Shown: piece after piece, positions 10,387 through 23,266 of the stretch | Layout of the letters: each line of letters opens with the position of its first letter | Position numbering within the stretch: position 1 is the stretch's first letter | Source: Clostridiales bacterium | Lineage (GTDB): Bacteria > Bacillota > Clostridia > Oscillospirales > CAG-272 | Direction of reading: 5' to 3' | DNA: 64,000 bases | Assembly: GCA_012841635.1 (NCBI GenBank) | Contig: DUUJ01000123.1 | Span: forward strand, 23,902-87,901 | The notes under the pieces: model-generated | The model's input: only the letters and a program-made list of their open reading frames with translations | The model's database searches: none | What the model was told of the DNA's origin: nothing | Made by a program: the position numbers and the translations under genes

Positions 10387-11226
10387 ATGAAAACGAAAAT
10401 CAAAAAAATACTGATTACCACCGGAAAAATTCTGTTGTTTTTTATCGGTTGGTCACTGTTAACCGTTCCCGCGTTTCTTTTAGTTCCGGATACATTAAGC
10501 GGTGCCGCATGGAGATTCTTGTCGGAAATGCTTCCCTTTTTATCTATTGTCGGCTTCACTTTTTTGTTTTGGCTTTTTGAAAAGAAACGCATAAAACTGT
10601 GCATTGTTACTTATCCTGTAAAAAATATCGTCATCGGCGCTTTGGCGGGAATTATCTGGATCGGAGCAGCGGCAGGCATATTAATGATATCCGGAGCAAT
10701 GAAAATCGTTGCTTACAATTCCGTTTCGATGCTTTGGTTATGGATGATTTCGGTATTCATCAACGCGGCGATGCAGGAATTGCTTGTCAGAGGATATCTC
10801 TACCAGATGCTGAAAACCGATTACAACGTTTTTGCTGCTGCCGCAGTAACAACAGCTTTATTCACACTTATGCACGGAGGAGCTTTGGAAGCAGGTATAA
10901 TTCCTGTTATGAATGTTCTGACAATGAGTGTTTTGATGACGGTTGTAATGGAATATACGCAGTCTTTGATTGCGCCTGTTATAATGCATTTTATCTGGAA
11001 TTGCGCCGGAGCAGTCATCCTCGGCGGAGTTAACCTTGCGGACGATTATCCGAGTCTATGCACGTCGGAGTTTACCGGAAACGAATTGATCACGGGCGGC
11101 GCGCCTAAGATTGAGGGCAGCATTGTCGTTTTGGTTCTCAATATTCTGCTCATTTCGGGGTTTGTTTTTCTTTCGGAAAAGAAGAAAGCGAAAGTTTCTG
11201 TCTTGACTGCCGCAAATAAACCTTAG
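10387..11226 (+). CDS. CPBP family intramembrane glutamic endopeptidase (CAAX protease/Abi family)
   Basis: The ORF begins with TTG at 10378, and the first ATG is at 10387 (MKTKIKK). It is multi-pass hydrophobic and carries the CPBP motifs QELLVRGYLY, TLMHG and MHFIWN. Confidence 0.8.
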   Translation: MKTKIKKILITTGKILLFFIGWSLLTVPAFLLVPDTLSGAAWRFLSEMLPFLSIVGFTFLFWLFEKKRIKLCIVTYPVKNIVIGALAGIIWIGAAAGILMISGAMKIVAYNSVSMLWLWMISVFINAAMQELLVRGYLYQMLKTDYNVFAAAAVTTALFTLMHGGALEAGIIPVMNVLTMSVLMTVVMEYTQSLIAPVIMHFIWNCAGAVILGGVNLADDYPSLCTSEFTGNELITGGAPKIEGSIVVLVLNILLISGFVFLSEKKKAKVSVLTAANKP

Positions 11227-12143
11227 ATAAGTTGTTTTATAAACACTTCGTCCTTGTTTTTTGCTTTACAGCCGGGAGCTTTTCTGTATCCGTTTCTGAG
11301 ATAAAAATGTTCCGCCGTATCGGTTGTTAAGATGCTTGTGTATATTCCCTGATGTCTGAAATAATCCTCGGCAAGACGCAGTAGCGCTGCGCCGTGCCCG
11401 CTATTGCGGTATTCTTCTGCTACCCAGAATTCTCTGATAAAACCGACGGTTTCTTCGAAGAACCAGCTTGTAAAGTTCTCCTTCTTGAATTGAATAAATC
11501 CTATGATATTGCCTTCTTCGGTCGATCTTATATAGACTTTATTATCGCCTTCGTCATTCATCTCGCGAAACAGACTCTCCCAATCGGTTACTGTAATACC
11601 CAACTCGGAAAAGTACTTATGAAATGCCTCCTGGAACCGCAGATCGCAGAAATCGGAAACCAAATCATCGGAAAATCCCGAGTTTGGGTTCGGAAATCGA
11701 TATCTGAGATTAAGACAATCCGGAACGGAATCATCTATATAGCCGGTATCCGAAAAACCGACTTTTTCAAAGATACGCAATGCCGATTTGTTTTCTTTAT
11801 TGACGCAGACTTCGACACAATCGTATTTCTTTTCTTTTTCAAGTTCGTGCAGAACCATGCAAAGCGCTTCGGTGCCGAATCCTTTTCCCTGGAAATGTTT
11901 ATCTATCATGAACTGCTGCAGATCATAGCAGGCTGGTTCATAATCCAGATCTTTTACTAATGCGACGCCGATTATCGTCCGATCATCTGCAATTCCTATT
12001 ACTTTTACGCGGCAGGAACGATAAACATAACCTCTCGCGATAATTCCGACGGCGCTGTCAAGATAAGCTTTCTGATTTTCTTCGACTGTCAGTTTTGCAA
12101 CTTCCTGCCAGTTTTCCTCATTTATTTCAACAAGTTTGAGCAA
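11223..12143 (-). CDS. tandem-domain GNAT family N-acetyltransferase
   Basis: 306 aa with a TTG start and GGAGA 8 nt upstream. Two acetyl-CoA-binding cores are present: FQGKGFGTEAL and EYRNSGHGAALL. Confidence 0.8.
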   Translation of the reverse strand: MLKLVEINEENWQEVAKLTVEENQKAYLDSAVGIIARGYVYRSCRVKVIGIADDRTIIGVALVKDLDYEPACYDLQQFMIDKHFQGKGFGTEALCMVLHELEKEKKYDCVEVCVNKENKSALRIFEKVGFSDTGYIDDSVPDCLNLRYRFPNPNSGFSDDLVSDFCDLRFQEAFHKYFSELGITVTDWESLFREMNDEGDNKVYIRSTEEGNIIGFIQFKKENFTSWFFEETVGFIREFWVAEEYRNSGHGAALLRLAEDYFRHQGIYTSILTTDTAEHFYLRNGYRKAPGCKAKNKDEVFIKQLI

Positions 12144-12194
12144 TATTCAAATCTCCTAATGTCCGGCAGTATAACCGAAACAATACCAGCTATA

Positions 12195-12222
12195 GAAAAC
12201 CGCCTTTTGAAAGACGGTTTTC
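12195..12222 (-). terminator. terminator-like hairpin after SBP paralogue 2
   Basis: GAAAACCG..CGGTTTTC hairpin between SBP2 and the GNAT gene. The T-tract is weak. Confidence 0.4.
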
Positions 12223-12249
12223 TTTATATTTTGTGTGATTATTTTCAGC

Positions 12250-13710
12250 TTACTGGTTTCCGGCTTCGTAGGCTTCGATCGCTTTGTCGATATTTTTCTG
12301 TATGTTGGACTCATATTTAGCGAAATACGATGCGAAGTCAGACTTGTTTTTCCAGATCATATCGGTGATTTTCGTGTCGCAGTAATCGAAAGCTATCTGA
12401 TACGGATAGGACAGCGTATTGAAAATTATATCAAGCATCGGACCCGATTCGGTGTCGCGGGCTATCTTTCCGTTGAGCATGATGTCGTAATATGCGGGAA
12501 CGACGGTAGAAACCGACTCAAAACTCAGCGACTCGATTATAATTCCGGTGCGCTCAAGATCGGAGGCGGTGACCGGTATAAGCATAACATAGGGCGTTCC
12601 GCCGAAGTGATAGTATTCTTCCTGTTCCTCTGTATATTTCGGGCTGGGGATGAAGCCGAAGTCGGCGTCCATGTCGCGCAGCGAGTGGGTGTTTCCGACA
12701 GCTTCGTTGTAGAAAAGAACCTTACCGGCGATAAACTGGTCAAGACCGCCGTGGTTGCCGGCAGTACCGTACGGAGCAAGGAAACCGGGTGTGGCATAGA
12801 GGTCGGTTATCGCCTGATAGCGGTCGTAATTAAAGGTGTTGGCAAGATCGAAATACGGCATGTCGTCGCTGTCTTTTGTGACGCTGAGTTTCGCGCCGAC
12901 ACCGTATACAAGCGCCTCGGAACCTACTCTCGACCATGAGGTGTAACCGTATTGGTCGTCGTTGCCCCAGGTGCCGTCTCCGTCGAGGTCAAGAGCGACG
13001 GCGGTGCCCATTTCTTTCATCTTGTCAAGTACCCACTTGTTATCTTCAACAAGCTGGTAGGGATTGTCAAGCTCGTAGTTTTCGCGGAGTGTTTTGTTAA
13101 ACATAAGTCCGCGAACTTCGTCGTAGTGAGTAGTGTCAAAAAGGCTTATCGCGTAATATACATTTCCGTTAATTGAGGTGTCACGGATGCTGTTCTGCAC
13201 CCACCAAGGCTTTGTAAGGTCGATATACGGAATATTTCCGTATATGGTCGCTTCGCCCTTCGTTGTTGACGTAAAGGCGTCAAATGTGGTTATCAGGACG
13301 CAGTCGTAAGCATCTTCTCCGGCGGCAATCGATTTCGAAGCGGTTGAAGCCGCGCCGGAATTGCTTATTTCAACTATCGAAACTCCGAACTGCTCGGATG
13401 TCGCAAGGTTGCGTCTGTATATAGCGTCGTTAAGCGCTTCTCCGTTTTCCTCTTCCGCGCTTATTGCATAGGTTACCATCCAGTCTGCCTGGTTGCCGTT
13501 GAGAAATTTGAATTCATATCCGTCAAATTTTACATCCTGCGGAAGGTCCGGGCGAAGCTCGGTTGTTGTATCGGCTGCGTTGTCGGCAGCTGCGTCAGGG
13601 GAAACGGTCGTTACGTTCGGAGTGTTTGAAGATTCACTTTTGCCGCATCCGGCCAGCATAACCGCAAAAATTAAAACCGCGAGCAATGCTGCCTTGATTT
13701 TTTTGTTCAT
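12250..13710 (-). CDS. extracellular solute-binding lipoprotein, paralogue 2
   Basis: 486 aa, starting MNKKIKAALLAVLIFAVMLAGCGK, which contains the lipobox. Shared blocks: DAIYRRN, IPYIDLTKPWW, DLDGDGTWGNDDQYG, DFGFIPSPKYTEEQEEYY, PAYYDIMLNGKIARDTESGPMLDII. Confidence 0.88.
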   Translation of the reverse strand: MNKKIKAALLAVLIFAVMLAGCGKSESSNTPNVTTVSPDAAADNAADTTTELRPDLPQDVKFDGYEFKFLNGNQADWMVTYAISAEEENGEALNDAIYRRNLATSEQFGVSIVEISNSGAASTASKSIAAGEDAYDCVLITTFDAFTSTTKGEATIYGNIPYIDLTKPWWVQNSIRDTSINGNVYYAISLFDTTHYDEVRGLMFNKTLRENYELDNPYQLVEDNKWVLDKMKEMGTAVALDLDGDGTWGNDDQYGYTSWSRVGSEALVYGVGAKLSVTKDSDDMPYFDLANTFNYDRYQAITDLYATPGFLAPYGTAGNHGGLDQFIAGKVLFYNEAVGNTHSLRDMDADFGFIPSPKYTEEQEEYYHFGGTPYVMLIPVTASDLERTGIIIESLSFESVSTVVPAYYDIMLNGKIARDTESGPMLDIIFNTLSYPYQIAFDYCDTKITDMIWKNKSDFASYFAKYESNIQKNIDKAIEAYEAGNQ

Positions 13711-13752
13711 GATGATATATTACCCTCTTAAAAGAAATTTTGTATTTGAAAT

Positions 13753-13781
13753 ATTATAGCATAATCACCCCTGTTTGTCAA
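13753..13781 (-). promoter_or_regulatory. consensus sigma-70 promoter for SBP paralogue 2
   Basis: The minus strand reads exactly TTGACA, 17 nt, TATAAT. Confidence 0.6.
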
Positions 13782-13865
13782 TATTATTTGGTGTATTTTG
13801 CTGATTTAAACACAATATCGCTTCGGAAAAATCTACCTTTCACTTGAGATTTCGATGTGTTTATA

Positions 13866-13894
13866 TTGACATAATGTTGCTGCTGTGATATAAT
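13866..13894 (+). promoter_or_regulatory. consensus sigma-70 promoter for the ACP gene
   Basis: Exactly TTGACA, 17 nt, TATAAT, 27 nt before ATG 13922. Confidence 0.6.
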
Positions 13895-13921
13895 TATTTA
13901 AGAACTAAGGGGAGATTTATT

Positions 13922-14152
13922 ATGAACGAAAAACTTATCGGTATTATTACCGAGTGTACAAAACTAAAAGAAGAAGACATTTCTTCTGATGCGGAACTTA
14001 TAGACGATCTCGGTCTGAGTTCTCTTGATATCGCAAATATCTTTATTGAAATCGAAGAACAGCTCGGATGCGTTGCTACTGACAAAGAAATCGACAAAAT
14101 GAAAACGGTCGGGGATATTGAAGCTTATCTGGCAAAACATCTGGATTGGTAA
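13922..14152 (+). CDS. acyl/peptidyl carrier protein (stand-alone)
   Basis: 76 aa with a GGGGAG SD. It has ACP length and layout, with the phosphopantetheine-site region DDLGLSSLDIANIFIEIEEQLG, an SSL variant of the canonical DSL. Confidence 0.75.
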   Translation: MNEKLIGIITECTKLKEEDISSDAELIDDLGLSSLDIANIFIEIEEQLGCVATDKEIDKMKTVGDIEAYLAKHLDW

Positions 14153-14168
14153 CCGTTTATACGCGTAT

Positions 14169-14197
14169 GCGCGTCGGCAGACGGCGCGCTTTTTTTA
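14169..14197 (+). terminator. intrinsic terminator after the ACP gene
   Basis: Hairpin GCGCGTC-GGCA-GACG(G)CGCGC followed by T7. Confidence 0.7.
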
Positions 14198-14298
14198 TTT
14201 ATCTGGCTAATTGGCTTTATTATCAGCGGCAAAAACGCAATCGCATTTACCGAGTTAACCAAAATTTTACTTTATTCTTACAAGATTTTGTTAATGTC

Positions 14299-14327
14299 TT
14301 GCATTTGGCGGAAAAATGTGCTACAAT
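14299..14327 (+). promoter_or_regulatory. sigma-70-type promoter for the cotH operon
   Basis: TTGCAT, 17 nt, TACAAT, with TG at the extended -10 position. Confidence 0.5.
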
Positions 14328-14372
14328 ATTATATCCACAACACGGCAGAAAGCTCCAGGGGGTATATACCAC

Positions 14373-16688
14373 ATGTTCATACGTTCCGAAAAACACAAAT
14401 CCGGCGTAACTGTCGGTTTTATACGGTTACTTGTTTTAATTATTATGGTTGCTGCCGCCGCTGCGGCGCTGACACTTTCGATTTCCGCGGCGCAGCCGAA
14501 AATGAATGCCACGAATTCTCCGCCTCCAATTTCCGTAACGGCTCAGTCGGAAGGGATAATATCGAGGCTGCCGGGTGAAATCAGACTATACTCAAAATCG
14601 GCAAAGCATTATCTTTTTCTTCCTTCCAGCGCCGATTTGGGTGCCGTTCCGGTAAAGTATAACGGCGAGCTCAAACTTTACGACCCGGATACCGGCAAGC
14701 TGTATTCAAAAGGCGAGGTTGCCTCTTTGAATCTTTCGGAGGAAAAGTCGTTTATCTATGAATACGACGAGGGCACTGACACATATAACCGTTATTCAGT
14801 AATCGTAATGAAATCCACCTCCGCCGCTTCGATGTATGTGGAACTTGACGGGGGCGACGATGCGCTCAGAAGGATCAACTCCTGGAAAGATAATACCGAA
14901 GCCGGCAGCTTAAAAGTTACCGAAGTCGACGGGAAAATCATATACGACGGCGAACTCACGAAGATGAAGGGGCACGGTCTTACCTCTTATGAAGCTTCCG
15001 GAAATACCAATACCAAAAACTCATATAATATAAATATCGGAAAAAGAGCCGAACTGATTCCCGGAGCCGGGGCTTCCAAAAAATGGGTCCTTCTCAGGAT
15101 CCGGACTTGGGGAAATTACGACCCGGCGGGTCTTTCATATGTCACGGCATTTGACACATATAACGCCATTGCCGGCAGCGACTATTACAACATCTGCGCA
15201 AGATATGTTGATTTATACATAAACGGCGAATACCGGGGAGCTTATATCCTCACCGAACGAATGGATATAAACGGATCTATCCGCGTCACCAATCTCGAAA
15301 AGTATACCCTTTATAATAACGGCGGAAGAAGTGACGAGCGCTCCGACTCAGACCCCGCAATCGCCGCAGGCATAAAAAGTTATTCATATTGCCCCGACGC
15401 TTATCACGAAATAGAGGATATTGATATTACCGGCGGTTATGTGCTTGAGATAATGTGCGGTCACTACGGAGAATACGGCTTCCTGACCAAAAACGGCATG
15501 TATATCAATGTCAAAAGCCCCGCTTATCCGACAAAGGAACAGGTGCAGTACTGCGCGCTCTACATTCAGCAGTTTGAAAATGCCCTTTTCAGCCTTACCG
15601 GATACAACAGCGAAGGAAAGCACTACAGCGAATATATCGACACACTAAGCTTCGCACAGCAGACTCTTGTATATGCTTTCTATTTAAACTGGGAAATATA
15701 TCGTACCAGCACATATATGTATAAAGATGTCGACGGATCTAAGCATGAAAAACTGACTTTCGGCCCCGTCTGGGACTTTGAAACCGGACCGTATGTGTTT
15801 GAATACGACAAATCCCTTTTGGGAACAACCTTCTCTTACACCGAGCATCAGCAGTATACCTGGTATCAGCGCTTCTGGCAGAAGGGCGACTTTATGGATA
15901 TTATGGTTAAAGAGAATGAGCGGATGAAGAACATTTTAGATCAAATGCTCGGAAAAACCAAAGCTGTCGATATATTTGACTACGACGAATACGCGGACGG
16001 TGTGGAAGCCACTCAGAACATGAACTGGATTCGCTGGCAGCAGCCGGAAAGCTACCGTCACTGGGCAGACTTAATGAAAAATGGCCTTGAATACAGGTAT
16101 GACCATTGGTACGACAATCTTTGGAATCCGGCTAAATATCTGGTATCCGTCGATGCCAAACTCGAAAAGACTGCTGACGGAAAAACCGTTCTAAAAGCCG
16201 ACATTCTGGGTAAGTATTATGATGTTCAATGGTATAAGGTCTCGGCGGATGACATGACATACGGTCAGATCATCACAAAGGCGATGGATGAGGAATTTGC
16301 CGTAACGGAAGACGGAATGTATTTCTGCGCGGTCACAGGACCCAACAACGCATACTGGGAAGGAGCGCGCGGTTCTATATTTAAAAGCCGGGAGCTGATT
16401 ATGTTCAGCCCCGTCATAGACACGACCGGCAAAACTCTTCCGCGAGCCGGAGGGCTTATGAAGACATCTGCTCCGGCAGCGAACCAAACGAACGAAGCGA
16501 ATCCCGACAATAATTCTTCGGTCGTTCCCGATGATGCAGTCATTAAAGATTCCGGCTCGACCTCTGAAGTTTCCGGCTCATCCAATCTGCCCTGGATCGC
16601 CGTAACCGTAATAATAGTATTACTATCCGCCGGCAGCGCATTTTTGGCGGCGAAACGCAATATCAAAAGGGAGAAGTCAGCGGGATGA
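14373..16688 (+). CDS. cotH: CotH kinase-family protein, membrane-anchored at both ends
   Basis: ORF 14316..16688 trimmed to ATG 14373, which has a GGGGG SD. CotH-type core: KKWVLLRIRTWGN...YVDLYINGEYRGAYILTERMD...FGPVWDFE. It has an N-terminal hydrophobic signal/anchor and a C-terminal TM followed by a basic tail (WIAVTVIIVLLSAGSAFLAAKRNIKREK). Confidence 0.8.
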   Translation: MFIRSEKHKSGVTVGFIRLLVLIIMVAAAAAALTLSISAAQPKMNATNSPPPISVTAQSEGIISRLPGEIRLYSKSAKHYLFLPSSADLGAVPVKYNGELKLYDPDTGKLYSKGEVASLNLSEEKSFIYEYDEGTDTYNRYSVIVMKSTSAASMYVELDGGDDALRRINSWKDNTEAGSLKVTEVDGKIIYDGELTKMKGHGLTSYEASGNTNTKNSYNINIGKRAELIPGAGASKKWVLLRIRTWGNYDPAGLSYVTAFDTYNAIAGSDYYNICARYVDLYINGEYRGAYILTERMDINGSIRVTNLEKYTLYNNGGRSDERSDSDPAIAAGIKSYSYCPDAYHEIEDIDITGGYVLEIMCGHYGEYGFLTKNGMYINVKSPAYPTKEQVQYCALYIQQFENALFSLTGYNSEGKHYSEYIDTLSFAQQTLVYAFYLNWEIYRTSTYMYKDVDGSKHEKLTFGPVWDFETGPYVFEYDKSLLGTTFSYTEHQQYTWYQRFWQKGDFMDIMVKENERMKNILDQMLGKTKAVDIFDYDEYADGVEATQNMNWIRWQQPESYRHWADLMKNGLEYRYDHWYDNLWNPAKYLVSVDAKLEKTADGKTVLKADILGKYYDVQWYKVSADDMTYGQIITKAMDEEFAVTEDGMYFCAVTGPNNAYWEGARGSIFKSRELIMFSPVIDTTGKTLPRAGGLMKTSAPAANQTNEANPDNNSSVVPDDAVIKDSGSTSEVSGSSNLPWIAVTVIIVLLSAGSAFLAAKRNIKREKSAG

Positions 16689-17665
16689 AAATAATGAAAA
16701 GGACTTTCGAGTTTGTCGCGATTCTTGTCGCTCTCTTTTGTTTTTCCGCTTTACAGATCTTTGCGGCTTATCCCTCATCGGGTGCGGATATTCCCGCCGG
16801 TTCAGATATATTGATCGGAGAGCTGATAGGAGAGGAAATCGGCTGGGGCGGGAGCCGCGACAGCGGAGGAGCCGCAGCATTTGACGGTAACAAACACAGC
16901 TTTTACGACCCCACTCAGGCATCCAACGAAAACTGCTACACCGGGCTTGACCTGGGTGAAAGATATATCCTTTCCATGGTGATGATTCTTCCCCGCGAAG
17001 CACAGATCAACAGATACAACGGTGCGATGATACAGGGCTCCAATGACCTTTCAAACTGGATTACGTTGTGGCAGAGCGATGAGGAGTCTTACGGCTGGGA
17101 TTGGCATGAAATAACCGAATTTGATTACAACATCGGATTCAGATATTACAGATACTTCAATGACCGCAACCACGGGGATGTCGCGGAGGTAGAATTATAC
17201 GGCTACAAAGGCACAAAGGGAGACGATCCGTTTTCAATGAGCTCGGAATATCAGATCGAGGGGATCAGAGTCACCTTCGATTCCGGCGGCGGCGGCAAAT
17301 TCGATCCCATTACAGTTAAATTCGGCGATAACTTCCCTGACCTCCCGGTTCCTGAAAAAAACGGAATTACCTTTGACGGCTGGTTCGCACATAAGTCGGG
17401 AGGAGCTGCGTTAAAATCCGGTGATAAAGTAACATATTTGGAAGATATAACTCTTTATGCCCGTTGGACCGATCCGAATGCCGGGAAGGAATCTCTTTCG
17501 GATTCGGGCGATACAGAATCAGCAGCAGCTAATGATGGAAATAATTCGATATCGTTTGAAAGCAAATCAAATATCGCAGTTCCGTTAGTCTGCTCTGTGA
17601 TTTCCGCCGCAGCTGTTACATTTTCGGCTGTTTTCCAGTTCAGAATAAAAAAGAAACGGAAATAA
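16685..17665 (+). CDS. secreted/anchored protein with an F5/8 type C (discoidin) domain and a Listeria-Bacteroides (Flg_new) repeat
   Basis: Its ATG overlaps the cotH stop (ATGA). It has a signal peptide and a discoidin pattern (AAFDGNKHSFYDP...GLDLGERYILSMV...GAMIQGSNDLSNW...VAEVELYG). The Flg_new repeat is GITFDGWFAHKSGGAALKSGDKVTYLEDITLYARW. The C-terminus is a TM followed by KKKRK. Confidence 0.72.
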   Translation: MKIMKRTFEFVAILVALFCFSALQIFAAYPSSGADIPAGSDILIGELIGEEIGWGGSRDSGGAAAFDGNKHSFYDPTQASNENCYTGLDLGERYILSMVMILPREAQINRYNGAMIQGSNDLSNWITLWQSDEESYGWDWHEITEFDYNIGFRYYRYFNDRNHGDVAEVELYGYKGTKGDDPFSMSSEYQIEGIRVTFDSGGGGKFDPITVKFGDNFPDLPVPEKNGITFDGWFAHKSGGAALKSGDKVTYLEDITLYARWTDPNAGKESLSDSGDTESAAANDGNNSISFESKSNIAVPLVCSVISAAAVTFSAVFQFRIKKKRK

Positions 17666-17716
17666 TCGAAATTCCAAAACCGCAGCTGCGCCAAGATTCT
17701 GCATAGGTTCTTATAA

Positions 17717-17756
17717 TAAAAACGGCGTCCGGAAATTTTTCCTGACGCCGTTTTCT
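17717..17756. terminator. bidirectional intrinsic terminator between convergent operons
   Basis: Stem ACGGCGTC / GACGCCGT, with AAAAA on the 5' side and TTTT on the 3' side. Confidence 0.7.
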
Positions 17757-17781
17757 GTTGCCTGTTTTTTCAGATTATATT

Positions 17782-22327
<4,546 letters not shown>

Positions 22328-22383
22328 GAAAATTAGCCTCCCTCTGGATAAACATGATGATAATAACAGTAAATAACTATATA

Positions 22384-22412
22384 ATTATCTCATAAATCAG
22401 TGATTTTGTCAA
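22384..22412 (-). promoter_or_regulatory. sigma-70-type promoter for SBP3-lacZ
   Basis: The minus strand reads TTGACA, 17 nt, GATAAT. Confidence 0.5.
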
Positions 22413-22500
22413 GTGCTTAACACGATTATGGTTTACTTTTTTGGGGTTTTATGATAAAATAAATATCAAGCCAAAAAACGAACCGGAAAGGCATTAATTC

Positions 22501-23226
22501 ATGATGCGTTTAGACAAATATATCTCCGGCACCGGACTGATGTCCCGGAAAGAATGCGCCAAAGCCGTCAAAAAAGGACGGATAACAATAAACGGTATAC
22601 CGGCGACTCGTCCGGAAACCAAAATACGGGAAGGTCAGGACGAAATCGCGCTTGACGGTCAAATAATTCCTTATATGGAATACACATATATCATGCTCAA
22701 CAAACCGGAAGGTTATGTGAGCTCGACAGATGACCCGTCAGCTCCGACAGTACTTGATCTTGTGGACGAAAGATATTCCCGCATGGGGCTGTTTCCCTGC
22801 GGCCGGCTCGACCGGGATACTACGGGTCTTCTGATTCTCACCGACAACGGTCCGCTGGCACATCGGCTGCTCTCCCCGAAATATCACTGCGAAAAAACAT
22901 ACCTCGCATCCCTCGCGTTTATTCTTGACGACGAAACGGTAAATAAAGTAGAAACAGGCGTTGTGCTTGACGGAAAGATCACAAAGCCGGCGAAAATCGA
23001 AATACTTGGACCGACACAGGTAAACATTACTTTAACGGAGGGGCGTTATCATCAGGTAAAGAGAATGTTCGAAGCGGTCGGCAACAAGGTTCTGAAACTG
23101 AAAAGGATTTGCTTTGCTTCGATTCCTCTCGATCCCTCTTTGGAGAGCGGGGAGTGGCGTTTGCTCACAGCCGACGAAACGGATATACTTGAAGCCGCGC
23201 CGGATAAGGCAAAAGGCGAAAACTGA
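22501..23226 (+). CDS. rsuA: 16S rRNA pseudouridine synthase, RsuA family
   Basis: 241 aa. It has an S4 domain (MMRLDKYISGTGLMSRKECAKAVKKGRITING), the catalytic block GRLDRDTTGLLILTDNG, and RYHQVKRMF. Confidence 0.82.
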   Translation: MMRLDKYISGTGLMSRKECAKAVKKGRITINGIPATRPETKIREGQDEIALDGQIIPYMEYTYIMLNKPEGYVSSTDDPSAPTVLDLVDERYSRMGLFPCGRLDRDTTGLLILTDNGPLAHRLLSPKYHCEKTYLASLAFILDDETVNKVETGVVLDGKITKPAKIEILGPTQVNITLTEGRYHQVKRMFEAVGNKVLKLKRICFASIPLDPSLESGEWRLLTADETDILEAAPDKAKGEN

Positions 23227-23266
23227 AATAAACATAAAATGCCGCACGAGTGCGGCGGTGAAAATA

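Noticed and set aside
23114-23266. N-terminally extended versions of track ORFs: tex from 23114, dnaG from 2819, fmt from 44106, remA from 39345, yigZ from 4654, GH99-like from 38292 and cotH from 14316.
   Set aside because: The extensions overlap upstream genes or lack SD sites, and they add non-homologous residues. Internal ATGs with SD sites reproduce the canonical family N-termini.
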